This document shows positions 39,664 to 52,290 of a stretch of 64,000 bases of DNA, in pieces. A program made the translations under genes and the position numbers. The first letter of the stretch is position 1. Each line of letters starts with the position of its first letter. The DNA is from Sphyrna mokarran (taxonomy: Eukaryota), in contig JAGIQG010000014.1 of assembly GCA_024679065.1 (NCBI GenBank), positions 47,368,001 to 47,432,000 on the forward strand. The letters are read 5' to 3'. The notes beneath the pieces are model-generated. The model was given only the letters and a program-made list of their open reading frames with translations. It was not told the origin of the DNA and did no database searches.

Positions 39664-39854
39664 AACCCGATTTAAGTGATCTGGGAGCCATGTATGAAGG
39701 CATTGAGCAACAAATAAAAACAACCAGGAGAGTACGAAGACATGACCGGGACAATGACTATTATATAGAAGTTCTTCTTGGAGTTGATGACACAGTGGTG
39801 CACTTTCATGGCTTTGAGCATGTGCAGAAGTACCTCCTGACCCTAATGAATATA
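39664..39854 (+). CDS. adamts2: Internal exon of an ADAMTS2/3/14-subfamily procollagen N-proteinase (propeptide end, furin site, start of metalloprotease domain)
   Basis: (E)[25 protein letters not shown]|[38 protein letters not shown]; cag acceptor, GTAAGT donor at 39855, 191 bp, phase 1 to 0. Subfamily assignment is secure; the paralogue symbol is tentative (ADAMTS3 is the alternative). Confidence 0.93.
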
Positions 39855-41134
39855 GTAAGTGCTTTTGGTAATTAATTAATGTGTGTGTTTTAATAACTTG
39901 CTACTTCAGCAGAAAGAACGATTGAAAAAAGTATCTGAGCAAAGTTATGCGTGGTACCAATATTGGATTACAATTTTGCTTTGAAAATTTAATTTGTCTC
40001 CCCACTCGCATCTTTTAAGTTACAGTTTGTAATTATATTATCCCTGATTCAGCAATACCCAGATGCCATTCCAATTTTTCAAGCTCAGCTAGCTCACAGA
40101 TCTTGCTAAAATCTGGATCTTCTAAATCTTGTATTCATTTTTCTTGAATAGTTATTCTAGGTTCAACTCATCTTCCTGATCTGCTTTGTTTCTCATAACT
40201 AAGATCCACTGGTGCCTGTGCTTGTCAGCATATGAACCTGTTTCTTGAGGACGGAGTCATGATGTGTATTTTTTTTTATTATTGAGAGGGTGGCTGCTAA
40301 CCAGTTTGCAAACAGTTTAAAAAACTACTCTCCAGCTGATTTCATGGAGGGATCACAGTTTCACTCATTCAGCAATTGCTTCCCTATCCTCCCACTGATG
40401 TTGGAAGTTCACTGTGTGAGAAATTGTGGGGGCAGCATGCGAATGGGTTTTTTTTAGTACAGCTAACAATGAGCGCAAAGCATTAAGCTTTACTGAATGG
40501 AAATGCACCAAAAATTACAAACTTTTGTTCCGTTACCAGAACTGTAATGAAGGAGACACCTGGCACTGTGTAATAAAACCAGTCTTGGCCCATCCCAATT
40601 TTCAGGAATAGATTAATTTTAATAATCAGGGTAGGTGGTCTGAGAAAGAACAGTAGATATTACTGCCCCAAGGGATTGCATACAAAGGTGCGCAGACCCT
40701 GCTGCTCTGGCTGGTAGAGGCCCCACTCAGACCAAAGTACAAATATAAACATGTATGATGTTTCCCTGTGGCCTGTATTATAAGATGACTGGCTGTCTGA
40801 TTAACTATCTTCGTTCCTGAATTTTTTGAGGCCCAGTGGAGTGGCCCAGTCCAGAACCATTCCTACTCTCAGTAGATGCTACTAGCATTCGACTTATGGG
40901 TGGGATAGCAGGTGGAATTTGCAGGGCAATCTGAAGATATAGCCAAACATAGTCCAAAAGTAGGCTATGGAGTTAAGGAAGACCCCCTCCATTCAGAATT
41001 TGGGAAATATTAATCCCAAGTTCTGGCAGCTCCTTCCATGGACAATGTTTTTGCTTTGCACCCGGGCATTTGAAATTGATTTTCTTTATCTCCAAGCATT
41101 CTGAACTGAGCTTTTGCATTCGAGGTTCACTGTA

Positions 41135-41430
41135 TTTAAGCACCTCAGTGCAGAAGTGAGGAAGCATTGGACTGTCAGGACTACGAGGGCTGCTCCTCTA
41201 TTTAGATAGAGTTAACTAGGGCATTAAAGAAGAATAAGGAGTTCTGTTCTCCTGGCTAACAGTTATCCATCAACCAACACCATGAAACGATCATCCATTT
41301 TTCTGTGCTTGAATCAATTGCCAAGATTTACGTTATAGAAACATAGAAAGTGGACATTCAAACTGACCAGTAGGCTAATACCTATATGATAACAGTGGCT
41401 ACACTCAAGAAGTGATTCATCAATTATGAA
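41135..41430 (+). mobile_element. Ancient Deu-domain SINE fragment
   Basis: ggcattaaagaagaataaggagttct...tcctggctaacagttatccatcaaccaacacca and tail acagtggctacactcaagaagtgattcat. Confidence 0.55.
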
Positions 41431-42680
41431 GGATTTTGGAATATGCCGGTGTAAAATGAAATATTGCAACATTGTAATGTTCAATATAAATCACTGCATG
41501 ATTAACCCCCAAAAACACATTCTCTCACGGATCTAATGATATTTAATTTTTGTTTTAGTACCGCTGGATTTGTTTATAACATTTCTGTTGGCTTACCCAC
41601 CAGTTTATATTGCTGACGTTAAAACCTCCTTTTTAGCAGTGAAGATGCATGTAATAATACCAAAACTGAATATTCCTGGTCATTAATAATAAGTATTTTA
41701 ACAATGTATCTTACATTTAAAGACAACTTCCGATTAGTCACTTCTTCTAAAGCTGGTAAGAATTGCTTGAATTGTATAAACTCATACTAGTTACGATAGC
41801 CAGGAGGCTATTTGCAACATTAACAACAAATGGATATTAAATTTCCCAATCTTTTCCACGGACATGCAAAAGTCAAAATCCCAAAATACGTAACAGGGAC
41901 TTCCCTGGATTAGCAGGTAGTGATGAGTGAGAAATGATGACTCGCAGGGATCAGTACTTGGGCTCCACACTTAACACTATATAAACAAATTGCTTTGGTA
42001 TGTAATAGAAAGAGATATGTCTAGAGTTGCTAATGATACCAAGCTCTCATCATAGTTAGATTCTTTATCCTGGTGAATTGTTGCTGCACTTTTCCAAGAG
42101 TAAATGCTGCCTGAAGTAAGGTACCCTAAACTGAATTTTGTCAATGATCTTGTCTGTCCCTCTCTGGGTTCTTGGTGAGCAGATATCTTTTCTAATGCTG
42201 CTAGTGTACATTAGATGCATAGAATATCATATGCTGGGGACATTGGTGGTTGGGATCAGAATTTTGAATACTAGCAGACAGTGAAAAGATGTTAGTTGTT
42301 CGTGGAACATTGGCATCTTTTTGGTGGGAGCAGGAAGAATGGCAGCTGAGCAGAGCTCTTGGAATTTTCCAACCAAAGTGTTGACCAGGAGGCAAACTGA
42401 TGGTGCTGTGTCAGGTAAGGTCCACCTAGGCAAAAGAAGACTGGTCAAATCCTTCAGCAAGAGCTGGCAATGGTCATTCATTAACTAATCATTGCACAGG
42501 CCCTTCAGTTTTATTCTGACAAAAGATTCTAGGTTAATTATTCTGTGGTATTGTGTGCAGGCTGCCGTATTAACCCCCAATATTTAAAATGCCCCAATTT
42601 TTAGTAAGTTTTAATGACTTGTGTTCCTTAGCCCCTCGATACCCTTGTTTTCAATCTCCTCCCATGATTTAGTCATTAAA

Positions 42681-42967
42681 GGTGGCACAGTGGTTAGCAT
42701 TGCTACCTCAAAGCACCAGGGGCCGGGTTCAATTCCGGCTCAGGTGACTGTGTGGAGTCTACACATTTTCCCCATGCCTGCGTAGGTTTCCTCCGACAGT
42801 CCAAAGATGTGCAGGTTAGATTGATTGGCCGTGCTAAATTGCCACTTAGCGTTGGGGGATTAGGAGGGTAAATATATGGATTACAGGGATAGGACCTGGG
42901 TGGGATTGTTGTCGGTGCAGGTTCGATGGGCCATATAGCTGTCTCCGACACTGTAGATTTTATGATT
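42681..42967 (+). mobile_element. HE1-like V-SINE
   Basis: ggtggcacagtggttagcattgct head, V-core and tail cactgtagattttatgatt. Confidence 0.9.
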
Positions 42968-43021
42968 ACGTTTCCAGGTCCCATTTCTATATTCACATTG
43001 TGATGCCTCATATACAACTTA

Positions 43022-43852
43022 GCGTCATAGAGGATTTTGACCCAACTTGTCCATGCCGCCCTTTTTCTAAAAATCCTTAAGCTAATCCCAATTGCTCACA
43101 TTTGATCCATATCCCTCTATACCCATCGTATCCATGAAACTATCTAAATGCTTTTTAAATGACAAAATTGTATCTGCCTTTATTACTATCTCTGGCAGTT
43201 TGTTCTAGAGACTCTCAACTGTGTGTGAAAAAATTGTCCCTCTGGACACTTTCGTATCTCTCCCTCCTCACCTTAAATCTGTGCCCTATAGTTTTAGACT
43301 CCCCTACCTTTGGAAAAAGATATTGACTATCTATCTGATCTGTGCCTCTCATTATTTTATAGACTTGTATAAGATCACTCCTCAGCCTCCTATGCTCCAG
43401 AAGAAAAAGTCCCAATCTATCCAGCCTCTCCTTGTAACTCAATTCATCAAGTTTCAGTGGCATCCTGGTAAATCTTTTCTGCACTCTTTCTAGTTTAATA
43501 ATATCCTTTCTATAGTAAGCTACCCAGACTTGCACACTGTGTTCCAAGTGTGACCTTATCAATGTCTTGTACAACTTCAAAAAGACATTCCAATGCCTGT
43601 ATTCAGTGTTCTGACCAATGCAACCAAGCATGCTGAATGCCTTCTTCACTACTCTGTCCACCTGATGACTCCATGTACCCCTATGAATATGTACCCCTAG
43701 ATCTCTTTGTTTGTAACTCTTCCCCAATGCCCTACCATTAACTGAGTAAGTCCTGCCCTGGTTCAGTCTACTAAAATGCATCATCTCGCATTTGTCTAAA
43801 TGAAACACCATCTGCCATTTGTCAGCCCACTGGCCCAATTGATCAAGATCCC
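43022..43852 (-). mobile_element. CR1/HER1-like LINE 3' fragment
   Basis: ORF 43215-43838: WADKWQMVFHLDKC...LERVQKRFTRM...RRLRSDLIQVYK. Confidence 0.92.
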
Positions 43853-44424
43853 GACTTGCTTGCTTATTCCATATTCTTTTGCAGTTTTACTTTTTGTCTT
43901 CACAATTCACTCTACCTCCCAGCTTGTTATTAATGGCAAACCTCGACTTTATCCCTTTCTATTCCCATATCAAAATAAATTGTTTATATAGTACAAGTGT
44001 GGGGTCTGAGTATTGATCCCTGGGAACCGTTATTTATCACTTATCACTATCTGCTAATCCCAGTTACACATTTTGGCATTTTGACTTTTGCGTGTGTGTG
44101 AAAAAGATTTGGGAGTTTTTGCTTTAATCTTTCGCAGGATAGCTGGCTAGGTCAACATTTCTAGCTGATCCCTTATTGGTCCCAAGGATGTGGTGGTGAG
44201 CCGCTGCCTTGAACTGCTGCAGTCCGCGAGTTAGATCTAAGTGTGCATTTTAAAACAAAGAGACATTGCCCAAGTTTGAAAAACACCCTCAGGCTGCAAG
44301 CATTGAATTCTGTATGAAGGCAACAGAGTTAGTTTGTGGGTTGCTGCGACTCATCATTTGCATTTGTATAATTCTCTTCTCCTGGAACTTATCAAATGCT
44401 CTCTGAAAATCCTGTGTATAATAT

Positions 44425-44890
44425 TCATTGATCCTTCAGCCCGTTGCTAGGGGAGATCATTAGAGATGCTCTGGCACCTTGAAAGAGAAGGCGCTATTAA
44501 GGAATCTCAGCATGGATTCTGGAAAAGAAGGTCCTGTCTTACCAACTTAGGAGAATGTTTTGAAAAAGTTGCAGTGTTGACAGGTAATAGAAGCCAATCT
44601 GACAGCGTGCATCTTAACTTTCAAAAACTCTTTGATAAAAAGTGCTGTACAAAGGCTTACTAAGCAAAGTTAAATCCTGTGGGATTGATAGGCAGATTTT
44701 TTGGGCTGCATAGGAACTGATGGCATTTGCATAGACAGAAGGTAGAGACTCTCTCTGAGAAGCTGGTCACCAGTGAAAATGCTGGAGAGATCAATGTCAG
44801 TGAGGTTGTTCTTCACAATCTGAAACAAAATATTGGCGGACTTGCTGAAAAGCTGCTGGATGATGGAATGATGTTTAGCTGAAATAATTA
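44425..44890 (+). mobile_element. Old CR1 RT fragment
   Basis: IKESQHGFWKRRSCLTNL...LNFQKLFDK. Confidence 0.75.
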
Positions 44891-44969
44891 TATTATAGAC
44901 AGGTATGTTTTTAATGTGAGAATGACTTGTAAATGTCTTTTGATGTAGATTATTGTCATGGGATGCACT

Positions 44970-45271
44970 TGGTGGCACAGTGGCTAGCATTGCTGCCTCA
45001 CAGTGCCACAGACCTGGGTTCGATTCCCAGCTTGGGTCACTGTCTGTGTAGGATTTGCACGTTCTCCCCATGTCTGCGTGGGTTTCCTCCTGGTGCTCCG
45101 GTTTCCTTCCACAGTCTGAAAGATGTGCTGGTTAGGTGCATTGATCATGCTAAATTCTTCCTCGGTGTCCCAAACAGGCATCAGAGTGTGGCACCTTGGG
45201 GATTTTTGCAGTAACTTCATTGTTGTGTTAATATAAGCCGACTTGTGACACCAATAAAATAAACTAAACTT
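44970..45271 (+). mobile_element. V-SINE lineage B, near full length
   Basis: Head, V-core and tail gacttgtgacaccaataaaataaactaaactt. Confidence 0.9.
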
Positions 45272-45937
45272 GAAAGGAGCAAATTCACCAATATGTGCAT
45301 GTATATGCAAAGCTCAGGGCTGTAAACTGGGGTGACTGTTAATCCTAATAATCCAATGTTGAGGGCAGAATGAACCTGAAGTCAACCTGTACCTTTTATT
45401 TCCAAGCCTGTAGAGTGCAGACTCTCATCCAATTACCCTAGTAACACCTGGTGTTGAACACTTTGTTGTAAACTCGTAATGAACCTGGAAACACCATCCT
45501 AAACGGGACAGCTGCTGTTGATCAGCAGCTTAAAAATGTTCTCTATTGCCACATAATTTTAATATGAACAAAAAAAAACAAACTACAGTTCTGAAATAAA
45601 ACTGAGGATTGAAAAATAACACATTTTCCAGAGTTGTCCCATCTGTTGCTCCATCCAGTTGTCACTACAGGCGTTTCCTTTGGTGAAGCAATCTGATAGC
45701 TGATGGTTTGTTTCAACCCTCTGGAACTGAGAGATTTCCTTTTTCTCCATCATTTGTTTTAAGCTTGCAAGTCACTTAGTTATCTTTTTTCACTCATGTA
45801 CTTTGTGCCGTGCACGCTATCCCAAAAGAATTGATTGTCAATATAGCATTTATATTGGGACATTTGCTTCATCCTCATCCAATGTAATATGTTTAAAAAA
45901 AAAATGCCATGTCAATCACCTCTATCATTGAAAAAAA

Positions 45938-46218
45938 TCATAGAAACCCTGCAGTGCAGAAGTCCATTTGGCCATCAAGTTTGCACCGATCACAATCCTA
46001 TCCAAGCCGTAACCCAATATCCCTTCATATTTTACTCGCTAATCCCAGGAACTAAAGGGCAATTTTTAGCATGGCCAATCAACCTAACCCACACATCTTT
46101 TGACTTGGCGAGGAAAGCGGAGCATCTGGAGGAAGTCAGGAGGAGAATGTGCAAATCCTCACAGACCCAAGCCGGGAATCGAACTCAGGTCCCTGGAGCT
46201 GTGAAGCAGCAATGCTAA
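45938..46218 (-). mobile_element. HE1-like V-SINE inserted in the Copia RNase H
   Basis: HE1-type tail, core and head; RNase H homology resumes on both sides. Confidence 0.88.
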
Positions 46219-47177
46219 CACTAGCAGAGACTCTCTACTAGTGTGAAAATTTCTGCAACCAGGCATCTTTTTAATTACATGCCTTATTTTGTTGGCTTTC
46301 CCTAGCCAAGAGGCAACATTTCCCATTTTTATCCACAAGGAATATTCTGAAACCTATTGCATTTAAAAATCCATCAACAAGGTTTGTGTGAGAGGCATCA
46401 CTGAGCCGACTCAGCTATATATCCTTAGGGTCACATAAAGATTGAAACTTCAGGACATATTTCTCCATCTTTAATTCACCTGTAACATGTCTTGAATTTA
46501 GGGATGTTTCAATATAAGTTCAAGAATATCAAAGCTTGCATTTGGCCAGATGAAGCCCGGCCAGTTTAAGGGTCCAAACAGACTTCATAGTTGTTTTGTC
46601 TTACCTTTGGCAACATCTTTTTTGTGAGGACCTGGCCTGATAGACTACAATGAGCTATCACTTCCGAAATACGATTGCTGGAGTGAAGTAATTACAGACC
46701 CTTACTGTTGCATTTCTAATCCAGTAACTTTAAAAGCCTCAACAACTCGACTTCCAATCTTTAAAGTGTGTTCTAATCCTGTCAAATTTGTTTTGAAACT
46801 CACTTGTTCTATCCTGGAAAAAGTCATGAAGGTGTCTGCCAGTTTTTCATAATGGTTCCAGTAAAACATGGCAAGATCTGCCTTCAGTTAGAGATAACCC
46901 ATCTTTAACAACACTGATTGAATTGAAAAGTACCACACTCTGGGAGCATTGTTTAAACCATACAAGCACTTATTCAACTTCCTCTACTGCCTCCTTAAGA
47001 GGTTTAAGAAACGCTTCCCTTTGGAGGTGATCACCCTACAGAAACACAGCTTTTATATTTATTGATTTACAATCCCACAAAAACATCACCAAGGGGCCAA
47101 GAGAATTTTCAAAATTACCTTCCCTATTATAGGTGAGTTCATTCTGACTTCCTTATCTGCAAAGCAGATAATCATAA

Positions 47178-47628
47178 TTCCAGATAATCATTTTCTTGGG
47201 GGAGGAAATAATATGGCAGGATCAGCTTCATACCGGCATAAAACAGCAGAAACATGAGTTCCTACCGGTCATGATGGGTCATCATTCCTGCCAGAGATTG
47301 ATGTACAATTGTTTACATCCTGGTAATGCACTCTGAAACATCATGTGCAGCAGTGGGTGGTTGGAGCATTAACCATGTGTGTCATCTTGTAGCTTCAGAT
47401 GGAAGGCAGATGGAGGTACTGTTGTGCGATGATTTTATGGTTGCGGGGGGGCTTAGTTTTGATGGAGGGAGAGGAATGAAGAGATGGACAGATGGACAAA
47501 AGACCTGAGTGGGGAGATTGGAGATGGCAGAGGGAAAGTTGAGGGGGTCATGGAAGGGTGAGGCGGTTCATGGAATAGCAGGTAATAATTACAAGCTTAA
47601 GGACTACATTGCAAGTAAACCATATGGG
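47178..47628 (+). repeat. 451-bp direct duplication, copy 1
   Basis: Matches 49348-49798 at offset 2170 with no indels; three substitutions seen by eye. Confidence 0.97.
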
Positions 47629-49347
47629 ATTATTCTTCAGATCCCCAGCTTTAGTCTTGTCACACCACGTTCAATCTTTCCCATGCGGACCCACTGATGT
47701 GACAATGTTGGTTGATCTCTGTTTGGGACTTCTGAAAGCACACCAATCTCCCTCTAGCTATACAACTCCCTCGTTTAGTCCCCAGTAAAGCTTTATCCTC
47801 TAACTTAATAACTGCTACAAAATGTCTTGTTCATGAGAACTCCTACTTTTGCAATGATGTTGAGATAATTCAACCTTCTCCACTTTAATATGTTATCTAG
47901 TCAAACTGCAACTCCCTACTTGCCTGTTCAAGTCTTTCCATGTTTCTACTGTTCAATTCATCCCTTCCTCCCATCTCTCAATACAACATGAGGCCTGTCC
48001 ACAAAAGTGAACATTCAACAGATTTATCAGTGTAACTTGGCCAATGTTTCCTTATTTTCCATTTTTGTACTTCGTGCTCCATTACTACTTTGTGCAGTAA
48101 TGGATCACTACTGATCTATTATCCTGGAATGCAGCTAATTCTTGTATTTTCCAGTAAAGTTTCTTACTTGGCCCATTATCCTTGAATCCCTCCAATTATC
48201 CAATCATTCTGGATGATACAATACCAGGGATCCCACTTTGGGCAGCTGACTACTGAATACAACAGCTCCTTCCCCATCAGACTTTCTATTGATATCTAAC
48301 TTCTGATCCATCAGATCTCGTCCCTCTGCTTCTGCCCCACAAAATTTGAGTATGCGATGCAGATAGTGTTTCACTTTCTTCTTCTTACATTGTTAGTATT
48401 CACAAATTCATTCTGGTCAAATATAAAGAACGGGATTTTATTACCTCATTCCCATATTGAATTGTCACATTTTTCGTTTGTGTCACTTACCCTGGGTCTT
48501 TCCACTCCCTCTGTCTCAGAATAAAACAGATCACCTGAAGGAAATTCTACCTCGTTTATGTAGTGTTGCAAATATTCTCATAATTCTTTCTGAAACCTTG
48601 ATGGAAGTTTTCTGCCTACATAAAAGACATTTATTTAAGGAGGAACAAATGGAATAATGATAGTTCCTTCAAGAGGTGGAAGAGTATCTGGTAACAATGA
48701 AGGCAACTTTGGATTCCTACCATATACAAACTCGTACGGACTACAATTCCCAACAAAATAATTTTTTGCATGGATTGCCCGTGTCAACATCATTTGTAAC
48801 TTATAATCAGGAATGATTAACCAGTATTTTCTACAATATTTCATCAATAACTATATTGTTCCTATCACACAAACCATTGCTGAACCATTTCTTGGCTGCG
48901 ATATTCATGATTAGGATATTCAGATTTTCACACATCCTGAAAATTAGCATTTGCAAATCCTGCTCCATTATCTGTCAGGAGTTTCGTCAACGTTCCTTGT
49001 CCAGTACCCACCTACTCTTCGATGACCTGTTCTACAATGGCCTGTTAATCCTTTTCATTTATTTGCCACATTTAGGAAAGTCTAGGCACTATATCTACAA
49101 AATCTAGCAATAAAATATCCTAATTCTTGTCCATACTTTGAAGTCCATTGCCATTCCTATATTAAATTCGCTGGTCTATAGCAGGCTTATAACAGGACTT
49201 AGTGCTGACCTTTGATAGCTGGCAGAAATGTCACATTGCACTCTAACTCACTCAATGAGAGTGTTGTATTCTTTATTGACTATTGCAGCATCTTGAAAAG
49301 AGCTTTCAATTTCTGTGAATGCTGGTCGTGCAAAATGTCTGTGTAAC

Positions 49348-49798
49348 TTCCAGATAATCATTTTCTTGGGGGAGGAAATAATATGGCAGGATCAGCTTCA
49401 TACCAGCATAAAACAGCAGAAACATGAGTTCCTACCGGTCATGATGGGTCATCATTCCTGCCAGAGATTGATGTACAATTGTTTACATCCTGGTAATGCA
49501 CTCTGAAACATCATGTGCAGCAGTGGGTGGTTGGAGCATTAACCATGTGTGTCATCTTGTAGCTTCAGATGGAAGGCAGATGGAGGTAGTGTTGTGCGAT
49601 GATTTTATGGTTGCGGGGGGGCTTAGTTTTGATGGAGGGAGAGGAATGAAGAGATGGACAGATGGACAAAAGACCTGAGTGGGGAGATTGGAGATGGCAG
49701 AGGGAAAATTGAGGGGGTCATGGAAGGGTGAGGCGGTTCATGGAATAGCAGGTAATAATTACAAGCTTAAGGACTACATTGCAAGTAAACCATATGGG
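49348..49798 (+). repeat. 451-bp direct duplication, copy 2 (probable donor)
   Basis: The 440-bp insert 49359-49798 is flanked by TAAT on both sides and splits the integrase-proximal reading KKAI|IWKLHRHF. Confidence 0.97.
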
Positions 49799-50159
49799 TA
49801 ATTGCTTTCTTTACAGTGCTACTGTCTCATGATTAACCCCATTTGTATCTCTGACATTGGCTGAATCACAGATATCCTGGAGTGTAATGCTTGTTAGACA
49901 GTTCCAGATTCAAATGAGACTCCTGTACCTGATTTTCTAGGATCCAAGTGAGCTCACCTAGTCAATAATTGTCCTCTACTTATGTGCATCTCCCACAGTT
50001 TTTGTTGCTTCAGAAAAATCTTGCCTTTTGAAAAGTGGCACTCTTAGTTTCAACCACCCTGAACGATAATCTTATTTTACATTGATTTTATACCAATCAA
50101 TATTCCAATATATGCACAAGTGAGTTCACCCAAGGAATTCTGGTCTGAAAAGCTCTCCA

Positions 50160-50177
50160 GAACATCCACTGTTGCCA
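50160..50177 (-). promoter_or_regulatory. Degenerate primer-binding site for initiator tRNA-Met
   Basis: Minus strand tggcaacagtggatgttc versus the complement of the tRNAi-Met 3' end TGGTAGCAGAGGATGGTT; lies upstream of the Copia coding remnants and just after ...accaaca. Confidence 0.55.
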
Positions 50178-51974
50178 CTCTTTTGCTGTTGGTGTAAAAG
50201 CTTCTGATGTGGCAGTTTGAAGCCATGCACAGACAGGGTTGTGTATCCAAAAGTTAACATGCATGATAATAGAAAAACAATGAACAAAACACAGAAGTTC
50301 ACAAACTCTCTGGGAACAAAATTTTCAATTCACCAACTAGACTTGTGGGAAGATTTCAGAAATTACCACCTCATTAAATTTGGCTGAATTTAATATAAGC
50401 TTTCATGAACCTCACCTCAACCGCTGTGTTTCATTTGGTCTCCATTTGCTTGGCTAATAGTGTGTCAACCAGAGGCAGTTTTGTCATTCTAATTTTGACT
50501 TTCCAAGTTTAACTTCTGAATATAAAAATACATTAATCAGATTAATAGTACCTAGTACTTAAAATGAATATAAATATGAGCTGGTGGAGTATTTGCAGAT
50601 GTTAAGGTGTACGGCCTGATTACTGATGTTGGCAACTGAGGTTGAGTAGTGCGAGGCTGTGCAGGCAGTGAGCATTACAGGGTGTGAAATCTAGTTTCAC
50701 TTGAGCAGTTCTGATGAGATAATTTCATTTTTTTCAACGTTGCTGAGATTCCAGCTGAAAGTAATTATACTGTTTCCAGAGCTCTGGCAACACTGCTGGA
50801 TAACAGGCTGATGAGGGCAACCGGACAGCTGTTGAGAATGACTCCTTCTCTCCATCCAGAGAGGATGCTGAGCTCCCCCTGATAGTCTGACTGAAACACA
50901 CAGTGGTGAAAATCATTGGCATATTCCCATATCTTATCATTTTTTCACAGCTCAGTGCTTATAAAGCCATCGTGCAACAGAGCAGTACTGTTTGGGAGGG
51001 AGTAAGATGATTTGTTGAATGTGCATATTCTACTGCACTGTTTGCTCTTCCCAGGTTGAGATGGAGTTATCAGATGGATTAAAGCAAAATCTGAATGATT
51101 TAGTTTTGTGCATGACCTGAAATTGTACCTAGTGACTGCACTGCTGTTCCCTCTCTTCTGATTTACACAGAGAATTGAACATTTCAAGATGTCAAAGTCC
51201 TTGCTGAACACACGTAACAATCATTGAAAGTATTGCTGATGGCCAGATAAAAGAAATATTAAAATTCTAGTACTTGGTTAATAAACAAACTATGTAATAA
51301 GATGATGCTTATGTACAGGTTGGAAGTACTGTTTTAAATGGGTTGCAGCAGAAGCCCATCGACATTGCTCTTGTTTATGTTGTTTCAGAACACAGTACTC
51401 AAATCAAAGAAGAAGCATACAATTTAAATTGGGTATTTCATGCCATCCTAACAGAAAAAAAACAAGGTGCAAAAACGAACACCTAAATTTCAACAAACTA
51501 CGTATTCAAAGGGGATTAACGATTGAAGTGAAAAAGAATCTATTCCTGTTTTCATAAACCAAAGTGTCACACAATTTCCTTCAATTGTAATGTTAGCACT
51601 AGAATTCCACTTAGGCAGTTGACAGTGCATTTCCCTTTGGATCTAATAAAGCCTCAGTGTCTGCTGATAACTAACATCTGCTACTGGAAAGTTGAGAAGC
51701 ACGTCTTCAGATAAGAATCAACTTGATAACATTACGGAGACAACTTGCATCAAAGATTGGGAGGCATCCTTTTAATAGTTTAAAAAAATTGATGAGCAAG
51801 TATTTATCAACAAATAGTCTCTTACTTTTCAAGTTACTGAAAATTACTTAAATGAAGAGGAAAGTTTGCCAACAATGTTTTCATGTTTTTTTGTACAAGA
51901 TGATCAGAGACCCAAAACATTTACAATCAAATTGATTCTTACTTAAATGCAGAATTTCTTGTTGATCTTTCACC

Positions 51975-52290
51975 AGAATTGTTCACAGTATCAACATTTC
52001 TTATTCTGGAAAAAATTTACATTAGCTTGCCATATGTAAAAACTGGCCGAGGATTATAAGTATAAATTTTGTTATGGCCCTGGGATGACTTTGAATTTGA
52101 GTTTATATGGTGGCATGCATATTAGAATTAGACAGTTTGGAAATTCTGGATGGTATAAACTGTTATCATCACCCTGGTCTACAGATTCAATGCTGATATA
52201 TTCTTTGAATTCACCTGACAATTTTTTATTCAAATCTAGTGAATCTTCATTTTTAGCAAAATAATAGCTTTTGACTAATGAGTTGTTTGA
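51975..52290 (-). mobile_element. Helitron-type Pif1 helicase remnant
   Basis: AKNEDSLDLNKKLSGEFKEYISIESVD...YHPEFPNCL...MPPYKLKFKV followed, after a deletion, by SQGHNKIYTYNPRPVFTYGKLM*IFSRIR, matching the RepHel motifs EFLNSL...MPPH.L.LKV and SQGQ...PVFSHGQLYVA.SRV. Confidence 0.75.

Larger units (their letters stand above)
45630..50180 (-). mobile_element. Decayed Ty1/Copia-type LTR retrotransposon internal region (IN-RT-RNaseH order)
   Basis: Minus-strand fragments in order: IN KLHRHFARP...QCDIS...AMDFKVWD, FSNGLCDRN, SPYEFVYGRNPKLP (49350-48640); RT INIKAVFL*GDHL and KLNKCLYGLNNAPRVWYF (47150-46920); RNase H KANKIRHVIK..LVAEIFTLVE and CYIDNQFFWDSVHGTK...HQLSDCFTKG (46320-45670). Many stops and frameshifts; LTRs not delimited. 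Confidence 0.85.

Noticed and set aside
39657-39875. ORF-track 72-aa ORF as a stand-alone gene
   Set aside because: It is an internal exon; the ATG lies in the acceptor region and VSAFGN is read-through of the GTAAGT donor.
42681-42745. tRNA genes
   Set aside because: The A/B-box-like sequences here and elsewhere are SINE heads that run into V-domain or lineage C cores, without complete cloverleafs.
47326-49678. Duplicated 60-aa ORFs, or the 451-bp pair read as the LTRs of an element
   Set aside because: No TG...CA ends, PBS or PPT next to them; both copies interrupt Copia coding sequence, and the ORFs have no motif.
50187-50470. 5' LTR of the Copia element
   Set aside because: The position next to the PBS fits, but I could not find a matching second LTR near 45300-45620, so the boundaries are unsupported.
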